Assembly: GCA_008632985.1 (NCBI GenBank)
Contig: QPGO01000136.1
Location: 62,001 to 126,000 of the forward strand
DNA from: Psammoneis japonica
Lineage: Eukaryota
Reading direction: 5' to 3'
DNA length: 64,000 bases
The notes beneath the pieces are model-generated. The model was not told the origin of the DNA. It saw only the letters and a list, made by a program, of their open reading frames with translations, and made no database searches. The position numbers were made by a program, and so were the translations under genes. Shown here one piece after another: positions 34,765 through 46,617 of the stretch. Each line of letters begins with the position of its first letter. Within the stretch, counting starts at the first letter, position 1.

Positions 34765-36556
34765 TTAATCACTTCTTTCCATGTCCAAAAGGTCCATTGG
34801 TTGGTATGGCAGAGAAACATTCTCAGGCTTGACCAATATGTTCTTGTTTCCATCCTGCATCTTCACGGCATATCGTCCCTTCCCGCTGTTGTAATTCAGA
34901 ATAGTACCAACCTTGCCGTTCCAGTGAGTAGCGGAGGCCAAACCACGGACCAGAACTTCATCATCTGAGTCAAACACAACACACAGTTTGCAGTCCTCAT
35001 CATGTCCAAGCTCGCGGTGCTCGCGCTGGCATTGCAAACTACAATAAGATAAAGCCCTACATGCGTTGCACTTCATACCATTAGTGCCATCACAAGCATC
35101 ACGTGCGCCCATCATGGCACATTCTTCCTTTACCTCATCCAGCAAATCAAGATGATCTTGCCACTCTTTCTTTGTTCTGTCGCCACTACTGACAGCCTGT
35201 CGAGCCCAATAAGCGGCAAGAGGAATTGGGCTGTACGAAGGCATCGTGATGTAATCGTAGAGTTCATATCCACGGATTATTAATGCCTTTGACAACTGAC
35301 ACTGTGCGCGTTTGAATCCGTGCTTTGCTGCCTTGTCGAACCAGCAAATGGCGCCATGCGCAGGACATGTCGACTTGAGATTGCCTTGCACAATGTGTTC
35401 GCCGAGAATGCACTGGGCTTCGGTGTCACCTTGCGCCGCGGCGAGCGTGTAGTGCCGCAACGCTTTCTTTAAATCAACTGGTCCATAATTTCCAGAGGAG
35501 AACATGTTCCCGGCCATGAGTTGCCCAACACTGTCACCCCCTTCGGCAGCGAAGGACATGAACTCGCGCGCTTTCTCCGGACAAGGTGCCACGCCGTCAA
35601 ATGCGCCCACACACAGGGCTGCAAGATCCACAAAGGCACTGGGATCACCCTTGTCGGCTGCCCTGTGAAACCATTCCAGTGCTTTCTGGCTGTCTTGATC
35701 AACCTCTGTAGTTCCATTGAGGTGTTCGCGTGCAACGTGGACCATCGCCCAAGCCTTTCCATTTTCTGCAAAATCAAGCCAAGCTCAGTGAGGTTCAGGG
35801 TGGATGCTCATGAACCTCACACCCACTGGCTTTCTGCAAGCTGGGCAATTGCGAAAAGCAGAGTCTAACGAATGAGCAACCTTTGCTTTGCACTCAAGAC
35901 AGAGCCGTGCTCCACAGCAAACAGTCGTCCCTGACAAATGAGGTTTCTGTCGGGTCCACGAGCAGTTGCACCCAAAGGCATGAAATCGGAACAAAATGGA
36001 CATGACATGTTTTCATTGTCGAAATTGCGGTTGGATGCATAAAATTCATTTCGCCACTTCTGCGCCACCGTTTGAACTCGCAACTCCTCCGTTCCAACTC
36101 ATCCCTGAAGCCTCCGAGCAGTTTGCTTGCTCGCGCATCTCCGACAACATTGTCATTGCACTTCGCTCCGGATCTTACAATCTCCAGATGGCTCATTTCG
36201 GATTTAAGTCTTTCAATGGACTCTTTTGTTCTTGGCCAAGAAGGCCCCTCGATTCGTTTTCGCAGTCGTTCCATCGACTCATCAAGAGTCAAAAGCTCAT
36301 CCGCGCCAGACATGGAACGAGCCCCACTGCTGGCCCCACTTGAGTTCTGCCTCTGTCCACCACCATGTCTTCTCGTGTGTCCCTGGTCTCTCACACATGC
36401 TTTGCATCGTCCACGAAACCCCTTTTTCCACTGACTCGAGCTGCAATTTTCGCGATCGAGATTTGCGCTGCATTGAGAGCAACGTCTGGTGTTGCCAACG
36501 TTCCTGTCATTCTGACAAACAGCAGGCGGTTGCGCCTTGGCTTTTAGTGTCAGCAC
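34765..36556 (-). CDS. Sel1-repeat / MYND zinc-finger protein with N-terminal Cys-rich fingers (frameshifted)
   Basis: KALEWFHRAADKG, KALRHYTLAAAQG and WFDKAAKHG repeats. MYND motif C..C....YCS..CQ..H...GH...C. Upstream ORFs carry CxxC motifs. Confidence 0.72.
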
Positions 36557-36911
36557 TTCTACTGTACAAAAAGTCGGTTTTCAAATCACATGCAATTGTC
36601 GCACTTGTTGGACGTCATGGTCATGGTGCGTGCGGGGATGCGGAGCAAGACGCACGGTGGACTCGTTCGACTCAATCGCGAAGCACGTGACTTGTTCGCG
36701 CCATCAAATCTTTGAAAGTACACAGAAAGCGATAGTAAATCCTGTCTGTAGGGAGGACATCGTAGATGCTACACTGGTACTGCCTATGTACTATTTCACG
36801 TACGTAGCTTTTAGCAGAGCTCATCCTCCGCACTGCACTTGGCCACAGAAGACGACGTCACAAAACGCCTGATCTCGTGTCAAATTTTCGTTTCTGTTGC
36901 TATTGCGAACC

Positions 36912-38327
36912 ATGAAGCTATCTTTGAGTTTGGCGTTAGTCGCTGCACTATTCACCTCCAGCCTGGCGGAAGGCAATCTAAAAGAATGTATTGACCCTGC
37001 CAATTTTGATCCCAGCGTCGATCTGTTTCCCGACAAGGTCATGCCCGTGTCGTCCCAGCACTGGGATATCACATACCACAACTACTACAAGATTGTCAAA
37101 AACAAGGTATCCAATTCTTCGTACCTTCTACATCAGTGCGGTACAAACGTGACTGACGAACTACGTCAAGGCCATGACGCCGTGATTGCCGTTCCGGCGC
37201 AAAACGGTGTCGGTTTTACATCAACACCTCAGCTCCCGCACTTGGAGCAGCTTGGTGTACGAGAAGAGATTGTTGCCTACATTGGCAACCCCGCCTTTCT
37301 CTCCTCGTCTTGTCTCAACGAATTGATTGATGATGGAAGCGTCTTTGTGTTGCAAAACGCAAGTGACCCGGTCGCTGTTCAAAACCTCATTGATTCCAAC
37401 GACGGCAAAACTCCCAGCGTTATTTTTACAAGTCCCTGGGACGCCCTCTCGCTTGACAATCAAGTCAAGATTTCTGCGTCAGAGGAAGATTCCAACGCTG
37501 CCATTTATGAATGGTCCAAGGTGTACGCGTCCTTTTTTAACCTGGAAGCCATGGCCAATGACTTGAATGACGAAACGATTGGACGCTACGACTGTGTGGC
37601 CAGCAACGCCGCCATTGTAGCTACCGATTCAAAAGCCCAGCCCACGGTCCTGTGGGCTTACTACTCCACCTTTAACAGTGGATGGGACGTTGCCAAGGAA
37701 TGTCCCAACAATTATTACTGCGAATATGCCAGAGACTGTTCTGCCAAGCTCCTTGACTCGACCGAAGGCAGCATCGAAACACAATATGGGAACTTTAAAA
37801 CGTTGGACGAGTTTGTAGAGTTTGGAAAGGACGCCGACATGTGGATCTTCCCCAGCGGTGACTGGAACGACATTTATGCTACCAACAAGGAAGCGCTTGA
37901 TGGATTCAAGAGTGTGCAGAACCAAATGGTGTTTGACTATCAAGGAGTGGGTTCGAACGCGTGGTTCTCGGAGCGCTTTGCCGAGCCTGGTATGTACTTT
38001 CACACATGGTCAGAGGCTTGTTTTACGTCGAGTATTCTCTCTCACGCTTTTTCTGGTCTTGTAGATGTCGTTCTTCAGGACTTTTGCGCTGTCACCGGAA
38101 CCATGAGTGCTGCACCACCACTTCATACCCGCAGGTGGTTCCGCAACGTGTTTACGGAGAACGTTGGCGCTCCAGCCACGTGCACGGACCCGTCTGCACC
38201 TCTAGAGACTGGAGCTACAGAGTGCGTGGCATTGCCCGCTCCACTGGGCGGCGACGACTCTTCGTCGGTCAAGAGGGCTGCGTCCTTTGCCATTCTTGTG
38301 ACGGCTGCTGCCATTTTTGCATTGTAG
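36912..38327 (+). CDS. CBA1: Cobalamin acquisition protein CBA1-like periplasmic-binding-fold surface protein; in-frame 75-nt intron 37990-38064
   Basis: Signal peptide. D.FPDKV, YK.V.N...YLL.QCGT, IYEW.K, WF.ER.AEP|DVVLQDF and WFRNV motifs. C-terminal hydrophobic anchor. Removing gtatgt..gtag restores EPDVVL. Confidence 0.7.
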   Translation: MKLSLSLALVAALFTSSLAEGNLKECIDPANFDPSVDLFPDKVMPVSSQHWDITYHNYYKIVKNKVSNSSYLLHQCGTNVTDELRQGHDAVIAVPAQNGVGFTSTPQLPHLEQLGVREEIVAYIGNPAFLSSSCLNELIDDGSVFVLQNASDPVAVQNLIDSNDGKTPSVIFTSPWDALSLDNQVKISASEEDSNAAIYEWSKVYASFFNLEAMANDLNDETIGRYDCVASNAAIVATDSKAQPTVLWAYYSTFNSGWDVAKECPNNYYCEYARDCSAKLLDSTEGSIETQYGNFKTLDEFVEFGKDADMWIFPSGDWNDIYATNKEALDGFKSVQNQMVFDYQGVGSNAWFSERFAEPGMYFHTWSEACFTSSILSHAFSGLVDVVLQDFCAVTGTMSAAPPLHTRRWFRNVFTENVGAPATCTDPSAPLETGATECVALPAPLGGDDSSSVKRAASFAILVTAAAIFAL

Positions 38328-38468
38328 GCTCTCGCAGAACCGCACCAATACGTATCGTTGTCGCGTCTGTTTCCGTAATGTTTCGAAAGATCCTCCGATA
38401 GCGCTAAAATTGAGACGCAAGAGTATCTTGTTAAAACTATCTTTTGTGTGATTTAATAATTGCAAAAG

Positions 38469-39233
38469 TCATTGCTGTTTATTTCTTGTCCTAATCGCCG
38501 TTGACACGCTTACTCTACCATTGCTAAAGCTTGGCAAATCAAATGTCCACTCTAAACCAACATCTGCCCCAACATTGGATAGAAATTCCTTGGTAGAAGT
38601 TGGAAGCCGATAACTAATCAAGAGATAGATGCCGCCGTGCGACAATACCCGAGCAGCCCCTTCGAAAATACGGGTGAGCGGTGTATTCCAGCCTTCTCCG
38701 CATAATATTGCATCAATCAACCCCTTATCCAAAATGGCTTGATATTCACTAGGAACATCAACATGTTGCTCTGCTTCTCGAAGCAACACCTCCTGGAGTT
38801 CGGTGGCATCGCCACACACGTACTTTAGTCTCTCACAATGATCCCCATACCGTTCCAGCAGGTGATCAAGACAAGTCTGAGACGTATCTAGACACGTCAC
38901 GACGGAAGCGTTTGTATTGTCGTGTAACAGTTTTGGTACCTGTGAATTGCCGCATCCAATCACGAGGCAAGACGATTGTTTCGGCACATAGTGATCCACA
39001 ACGTCAGCCAGCGGTATGGACGCATGCCATTCAGTCTGATCATTTCCCTCAATCTGATAATACTTGTCCCACCCCAATGGAGACGAAAAGTCAAAAGCAA
39101 AACGATGTGTCAGTTCTTTTGATTTTGGTGAAACTGCTCGAAAAGCTGCACTTCGGGAAGTCAAGCACAGTGTGGCTACTAGCAGCCCATGTCCAACGAG
39201 GAATTTGATGTTCTCTTTGGCAATAGTTTTCAT
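38469..39233 (-). CDS. Class I SAM-dependent methyltransferase (EEF1AKMT4/METTL13-N-like), possibly plastid-targeted
   Basis: W..YY, LVIGCGNS, DAT and ILDKGLIDAILCG motifs. N-terminal hydrophobic stretch ending SAA-F. Confidence 0.8.
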   Translation of the reverse strand: MKTIAKENIKFLVGHGLLVATLCLTSRSAAFRAVSPKSKELTHRFAFDFSSPLGWDKYYQIEGNDQTEWHASIPLADVVDHYVPKQSSCLVIGCGNSQVPKLLHDNTNASVVTCLDTSQTCLDHLLERYGDHCERLKYVCGDATELQEVLLREAEQHVDVPSEYQAILDKGLIDAILCGEGWNTPLTRIFEGAARVLSHGGIYLLISYRLPTSTKEFLSNVGADVGLEWTFDLPSFSNGRVSVSTAIRTRNKQQ

Positions 39234-39519
39234 GATCTTCTTCGCTTCTTTTCTGTTTTGGTCGTTTGTCAGCAGCAGAGTGTTTCTGATGCCATAAGTT
39301 GTGGAGTCACTGTTCAATGCGAGGAATGTAATGGCGGTGAGATCCATGCGATCGGCATTCGGCATCAACAACATTGGGATCATCCGCCCCCCGCCCCCCG
39401 CATTGCGGTAGGGCCCTAAATTCCAAAATCCAAAATGCGCCACCCGCCATGCATGAAGGCAGGGAGGGAAGGACAGACTGCCGGGGTGTGTGAACCGGCC
39501 GGCCGGATAGATCGATGCA

Positions 39520-42500
39520 TCGATGTGGTCGACTTCTTTTTCCAAAAAGTCTCTGATGAGTGATCCTTTTTTTGTGAAGGAGAGCACCAAATCGTTGGCT
39601 CTCGAAATCCTTTTTGGAAGAAAGCAGACAAAGGCTGGTCTTTGAAAGAAAAAGAACACAGCAGTGTGCAACCATGCTGAGTTGCCAGAGTCGCGCCTGA
39701 CACTGACTAAAAGGCGGTGATCGCATCAAGGCAGGCTGGTGAGAAGATGTTTTGACCAAAAAATCCTGTCATGATGAGGCTTGGTGCACAGATTCCTCTC
39801 AAGTGCCAGATGTTTTGAAAACAACGGCAGTTTTGTTTTGGGCATTGGACATGGGCTGTTTTGGAGCTGCTTTCGCTCAATCGCTCAGCTGCCAAAGGGA
39901 ATCACCAGCACTGATGTGTGGACTGTGTGGCATCATTGTCACAACTGGGGTGCCTTTGTGATGGGAAATTGGGGATTTGACTGGATTGAAGATGAGCCAA
40001 TTTTTTTCAATCTTTGCCAGAGCATCAGAGCGCGCATTGTGGTGGTTTCCACTTTCCTTTGTAAATTTTTTAATGTGCGTTGTCAAAATTGTTAACAACC
40101 AGAATTTAAAAAATGCCAGCAAAGGTGCTCAACAAAATGCAGCTGTTTTGTGCATTTCATCTGATGTCTCATCAACGTTTCTTGCACAAGCTTCAATCAA
40201 ATGCGTGCAATGTTCTGTTCAATGGGGGTCGAAATCCACATTTTGTGGTGCATGGTTTGGTTTCCTTTTGACTGCAATCAATTTGAACTTGGTTTTAACT
40301 TTGTCCTCCTCACTCACGTGCATGTGTCTTTGCATGTGTGCAGTCTGTCACTGCACATGCAGTGCTCAACGCACGCACGTGACCTTCATTTTTCTTCATG
40401 TTTCCCAGATTTGCGCAGCCCGTTGGTCTGCGGCATTTTCAGCATGTTTTTTACATGCGCATTTTTCCACACACTTCACAACAGCACACCCTCTCCCCAA
40501 AATTTGAAAAACAAGAGCATGTGCTGTTGTGATTCACATGGATCCTGCATGTGGTTGCAAATCTGCAAATCCACAACAACCGGCCATGGCGGTGAAAGAC
40601 TTTGCCCCACTGGCCAATGACAGCAGCTCAACGCATGTGAAGCCTGCTGTCCTTCTGGTTGGTTAAGATGGATTTTGACTGGGGCACAGCTTGAGTTTCA
40701 TGATTGCGAGTGTGCTGTCACAAATCTGCCGCATCCAGAATGCTGAGCTGCTGGCGTGTTGTTTTGTGCACGCACGTCACAAATTCACTCCCATGTTGCA
40801 CTCTTGCAACATGTTCTGCTCTTTTTGGTGATGAGTGAGGTGGAACAGAGCAGCAGCAGTTCAAACAATGGAGCAGCAGCTCCTGCTACAAACTCGCCCA
40901 CTCCAGAATCAGCGGCGCCTGATTCACCGGTGAGTCTGTGTTGCTGTTCCTGTTGGCAGTGTCAGCTCATCTGCACTGTGCTCTCACAATGCATTCTGCA
41001 CTTTTTTTGGCAATGAACAAAGTGGCTGCCAGCAGTGGCACTTCAAGAAAGCAAGCTGCAACTGCTGCTGCAAACTCCAGGGTGTTGTCTCCTTCAGCAT
41101 CATTCAGTTTAAATGCAGACAACAAAATGGAATGTTCATGGTGCAGTGCAAATGATTTTAATTTACAAGTTTTGCAGGGATGGAGGGTGGGCACTCTCAT
41201 GGGGAAAACATGTCCCTGTTTCACAGCAAAAACAGGGGGTCTGATCCCACAGCATAAAAATGTTTGTCTGTCACAGTTGACATGTCATTGCCAGCTGCAC
41301 AACTGTCAAGGTTTGAAACAACAGAATTTTGTGCTGCAACAGATTAAAAAATTGCTGTGAGAAAGGTGGTCTGGATCAGCGCTGCAATGCACACTCTGAC
41401 AAGAGGGCTCAACTTCTTGCTGGCATTTCTTCATGTCAGTTGTTGTTGCCAGCATGTCAGCACTCTCAATTTGTGGAGATGCAGGGTTTCTGTCAGCTTT
41501 GTCTCTGAGGTTGGCCCACTGGGTGTGGGGCTCCAAAGATCTTTGAGAGGAGCTTGTCCAAGTTTTTCTTTTGGAAAGAACACAGGAGGGCACTCTTTCC
41601 AGAGTTGGCATCAGAAGCCAAGCTCACTCATCTCAAAATGGCACTTTTTTGCTTGTTTGTGCACATGATCATGGCCTGCCTTCTTAGAGAAGCAAACAGA
41701 AATCTGTTGAACTCTGAGCTCCACAGAGGCAACAAAGTGGTGCTCTCAATTGTCAGCGCAGCAACGTCATCTTTCAAGAGAGAATGAACATGTTTGAAGA
41801 TGCCATGGCCATTTGCAGACATGCTTTACACTGGCCACCAAGTGTGTAGATTCTGCTTAAAAAGTCCTCACAAAAAGCCCAGACATGTGGAGAGAGACAG
41901 CTTCTGCAAAAAAAGAGGAGCAGCAGGCAGCTTTTTGTTTGGCGCTGAGTTTCTGCATGCTGTTGTTGAGCACTCCACTCAACTGTGCCACTCTCCATGT
42001 GGCTTTGCACAGAAATGCCAGAAAAACATCTTGCAGCAGATCTCTCATCCAAAGAAAAGCTCATTTTGCTGCAAAACAAGGCCTCCAAATCAAAGCACCT
42101 TTTGATTGCTGTGATGTCTGCTGCAGCATGTCACAGATTGTTGTCCTGCTGAGTTTCTGCACATGTGCCACAACTGAACATGCTGCTCAAACATGACACC
42201 TTGTGGCTTCCCAAAGCCAGCAACTCAACTGGTCCCATGAGAACCCGCATTTTGCACCAGTGAAAGCAACCCCCGGGTTGACGTGCGAACGTGGAGCTGC
42301 GACCTGTCCTTGTTTTTTTTACACGAAGGCCGAAGGGTCACGCACACCAAGCAAAAACTGCAACTTTCACCCCCCCCCCCAATCGAACTGTCAGAATGTG
42401 CAGTGCAGCAGGGAGTCGGTTGAAAGTGCATCGGCGGAAGTCGCTCGCACGCTCGCATGCAATGCCAGATCGCATGTAAAACAATCAGGTGGGATGGACA

Positions 42501-45470
42501 TTTCTGGTCGTGTGATGTCCGTGTTGTCGATCCGTTGTGAACTCACTTGTTGCCCTTCGTGTTTTGTGTCTACACAGGCACGAACACACAAGATTAAAAA
42601 AACTCAACGGACGTTGAAAATCTGTTGAAACTTGGAAGTTTCAACAAAAAACTGTTGAAACTTGGAAGTTTCAACAAAAAAATGTTGAAACTTTTTTCGA
42701 GTTGTTGAAACTTCAAAGTTTCAACAGATGTTTTGTTGAAAGTTTGAGTTTCAACAAAAACACTTTCAACAAAAATTCACAAAAACTGTTGAAACTTTCA
42801 GACTCTACATTGCATGACGTCATCCACCAGTGGCGGCTACACGCGAAATGGGAAAAGTGCAGCGGCGAGCCAAATTCAAGCTGACACTGCGCGATGACGC
42901 AAACCGCCTCGAAGCAGTGGCGGTGTTTCTCAACGCCATGGCGAAACATCCTGAGAGACAAGCAAAGTTCTTGATGTGAGCATTGAAAGTCACTTGACGA
43001 GACCAAGCCCGGCTCTCAGCTTCTGCTGTGGGTCCCGACATGCCGAGCTTTAGCGGTCCTTGTGGCGCCAACTGCGACAGCGTCTTTGGCATTTTCCACG
43101 GAGTTTCAGAGCGGCATCAGATTCGCAGAAATGATTTTTTGCACCAGCGCAGAAATCCACCTGTGTTTCTGGCACATGAAATTCATGCCGACATCAACCT
43201 TTTTGCGATCTTTCGACAATGGCGGCGTTCTCGGTTCGCAGCTGTTGCGCCACTGATGCCGCGTCAATTGTCGCAAAACCTGTGGCATGTCACTCATCAC
43301 CCTCTTCTCAGTTCATTTTTTCCCTCTGACATTGCATCTTCTTCGGCCACAATCTCGAATTTCGACAGCATCAACACAAGGTAAAAATCCAAAGCGGGTG
43401 CCAGTTGTTTGTTGGTTTTTGACCCCGCGCTTTTATTTTGAACGCCCACCTGAAACAGCGTTTTGCCTTCTCTTTCACTTGATCCCCCAGGGTGTCATTC
43501 TTTTGGGCTGCAGTCGTCTGGGGAGCCATTCGCTGAGGCCATGAGCCATGAAGCTTCTGTTGAAATCTTTCTGTTGGGTGGAGATCACTGAACACGGTGA
43601 CTGCCCTGTTGGGTGGACATTCCGACTCATTTCAAACATTGCCAAAGGAATGAAACAAGTCACCCAGTTTCTGTGTTTCCTGTTGGAGACTCAAATGAGC
43701 AAGCTGCACTCACAAACACTGCGGTCTGCTTCGAAGGTAAGATCAAAACATCCGACTCTGCTTGTTTGTCTCGTGGAATGAGATGTCTTCTTTAGACAGC
43801 TCGAATTTAGAGCCAACAGAAAAATGTAAAAAACACTTTAGAGTGCCCCATTGACATCACAACAGTTTCATTTTAGAGACAGGAAGGAGTGCCAACCATC
43901 AATGGCAGCTCAGCAGCATCACAAAGCCATCGGAACGGGCTCGGTTTCAGAGCTGAGATCTGCGTTGATCCACTTCGTAAAGAGCAAAAAACAGCACCAC
44001 AACTCATGGACTCATGGATGGTTGATTTACATCAGAAGCCTTTTTCACAACAGTTGCAGGAAAGGCACAAGACAATGCGATCATCGTCAATCCAGGGTGA
44101 GTTCACCAATTTTTGTGATCGAGTGTTCTCTTTGTGATGTCACGCACCAGAAAATGTCGTGAAGTCCACACAGAAAACGGAACACCAATTTGAAGCTGCT
44201 GCTTTGTGGCCAAAGTGAGCTCACCATTTGAAGCACATCTAAGAAACGGTCACTCCAACAAGCAAAGTGAAGGGCTGTGGAAGGTGCTCCAAATGCCACA
44301 GCAGTTTTGATGTTGTGGCAACATCTTGAAACTTGCAGCTCTGTGTCATTAAGTGGGATTCCGCAAAATCTGCGTGTCACGCACAAAAGCAAGGAATTTT
44401 AAAAATGTTCGAGGTTGATCGAGCTCCGAAATGATTGGTTTGGATTTTAGTCGCACAAGTCGAAGCCAATGCCACTCGCGCGTAGAGCTGAAACACCGTG
44501 TTTCTCGCGGTGTTTCAGAGCGGCATTGGCTTCGTAGAAATGATTTTTTGTGCCAGCGCAGAAATGTGCGCATGTTTCTTGTGCATGAAATTCATGCCGA
44601 CATCAACCTTTTTGCGATCTTTTGACAATGGAGGAGTTCTCGGTTCGCAGCTGTTGCGCCACTGATGCCACGTCAATTGTCGCAAAACCTGTGGCACATC
44701 ACTCGTCACCCTCTTCTCAGTTCATTTTTTCCTCTGACATTGCATCTTCTTTGGTCGCAATCTTGAATTTCGATGGCATCAACACAAGGTAAAAATCCAA
44801 AGCAGGTGTGAGTTGTTTGTTGGTTTTTAACCCCGCACTTTTGTTTTAAATGCCCACCTGAACAGCATTTTGCCTTCTCTTTCACTTGATCCCCCAGGGT
44901 GTCATTGTTTTGAGCTGCAGTCGTCCGGGGAGCCATTCGCTGATCGCTGAGGCCATGAGCCATGAAGCTTCTGTTGAAATCTTTCTGTTGGGTGGAGATC
45001 ACTGAACACGGTGTGACTGCCCTGTTGGGTGGACACTCCGACTCATTTCAAACATTGCCAAAGGAATGAAACAAGTCGCCCAGTTTCCGCATTTTGAACA
45101 AGCAAGCTGCACTCGCCAACACTGCGGTCTACTTCGAAGGTGAGATCAAAACATCCGACTCCACTTGTTTGTCTCGTGGAATGAGATGTCTTCTTTAGAC
45201 AGCTCGAATTTAGAGCCAACAGAAAAATGCAAAAAACACATTGGAGCGCCCCGTTGACATCACAATGGTTTTGTTTTAGAGATGGGAAGGAGCGCCAACC
45301 ATCAATGGCAGCTCAGCAGCATTGAAGCCATCGGAGCGCACTCGGTTTCAGAGCTGAGATCTGCGTGAATCCATCATTTCGTAAAAGAGCACAAAACAGC
45401 ACCGCAACTCATGGACTCATGGGTGATTGATTTGCATCAGAAGCCTTTTTCACAACAGTCACTGGAAAGG
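39520..45470. other. TpA-depleted (CpG partly depleted) hypermutated block 3
   Basis: TA is rare throughout. CG is rare at 40.5-42.2 kb but retained at 42.2-45.5 kb. The signature fades over 45.5-45.9 kb. Confidence 0.85.
42612..42800 (+). repeat. Array of GTTGAAAC/GTTTCAAC palindromic units (left)
   Basis: 22-bp hairpin units separated by short A/T runs. Confidence 0.9.
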
Positions 45471-45905
45471 CAAAAGACGATATGATCATCGTCAATCCAG
45501 GGTGAGTTCACCGATTTTTGTGATCGAGTGTTCTCTTTGTGACGTCACGCACTAGAAAATGTCGTAAAGTCCACACAGAAAACGGAGCACCAATTTGAAG
45601 CTGCCACTTTGTGGCCAAAATAAGCTTGCCATTTGGAGCACATCTAAGAAACGGTCACTCCAACGAGTAAAGTGAAGGGCTGTGGAAGGTGCTCCAAATG
45701 CCACAGCAGTTTTGATGTTGTGGTAACATCTTGAAACTTGCAGCTCTGTGTCATTAAGTAGGATTCCGTAAAATCTACGTGTCATGCATGAAAGTAAGGA
45801 ATTTAAAAAATATTCGAGGTCGATCGAGCTCCGAAATAATTAATTTTGATTTTAGTCGTACAAGTCGAAGCTAATGCCACTCGCGCGTAGAACTGAAACA
45901 CCGTG
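43097..45905 (+). repeat. Two tandem ~1.4-kb units (43097-44500, 44506-45905), each with its own CACGG.GTTTCAG...CTGAAACACCGTG inverted ends
   Basis: The units align along their whole length. Terminal inverted motifs ctgaaacaccg/cggtgtttcag and cgaagccaatgcc/ggcattggcttcg. Confidence 0.85.
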
Positions 45906-46019
45906 TTCGTTCTACCTCCCGTCAATTCGTCTGCTCTACCTCCTGTCAATTCGTCTGAATTGACGGTGACGTCATGAAGTTTCAGACATTATGGTGATGA
46001 CATCGTGGTGACGTCAGAC

Positions 46020-46186
46020 AGTTTCAACAACGACTGTTGAAACTCAAAGTTTCAACAACTTTTTGTTGAAACTTGGAACTTTCAACAAAAAATCTGTTGA
46101 AACTTTTTCGGAGTTGTTGAAACTTCCAAGTTTCAACAGTTTTTTTGTTGAAACTTCCAAGTTTCAACAGTTTTTTGTTGAAACTA
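46020..46186 (-). repeat. Array of GTTGAAAC/GTTTCAAC palindromic units (right, inverted relative to left)
   Basis: gttgaaacttccaagtttcaacagttttttgttgaaac is the reverse complement of the left-array units. Confidence 0.9.
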
Positions 46187-46617
46187 TCGCCAATTTTTCG
46201 GCGAAAATGACTCTTTTTAATCAATAATATGGATTAGCTATACTTATATACGAACAGAATCACTATATATTATTTGTATATATATGTTGAGCATTTGCCT
46301 AATTAACGTCTATGCACATTGTGAGCACGCATATGATACATATTGTCATGAATATATTCATTCAATCACGAATATGATATTCATTATTCTGGTTTCAACA
46401 GATTTGAGGCGACTCCCAGTTGAAAAATCTTCACTATCTTGTCGGGTGAGTCGAATTGATGTACACCACCGGTGAGTCAATGATGTTTTATGAAAAGCGC
46501 TACCTGGCATTGGTTTTACAAAATCATTAATGTCATGAATTACACTATTACACATTCACTTTCTTTTCTAGAGTTGGTCACACTTGTCGACTCTCTAGAG
46601 TGAGTCTACTACCGGCA

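Larger units (their letters stand above)
42411..46417. mobile_element. Putative ~4-kb non-autonomous DNA transposon with inverted subterminal palindrome arrays
   Basis: Ends GGGAGTCG...CGACTCCC. Inverted gattaaaaa/tttttaatc. Arrays of GTTGAAACTTggAAGTTTCAAC at left and GTTGAAACTTccAAGTTTCAAC at right. TSD not resolved. Confidence 0.55.

Noticed and set aside
39234..39671. N-terminal extension of the 400-aa methyltransferase ORF
   Set aside because: It runs into the TA-depleted block where stops are lost. A plausible signal-bearing start exists at 39233.
42612..42800. CRISPR-like array (GTTTCAAC/GTTGAAAC words; also 46020-46186)
   Set aside because: The units are separated by only a few A/T bases, not unique 25-45 bp spacers. 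There are no cas genes and the context is eukaryotic. Transposon subterminal repeats explain them better.
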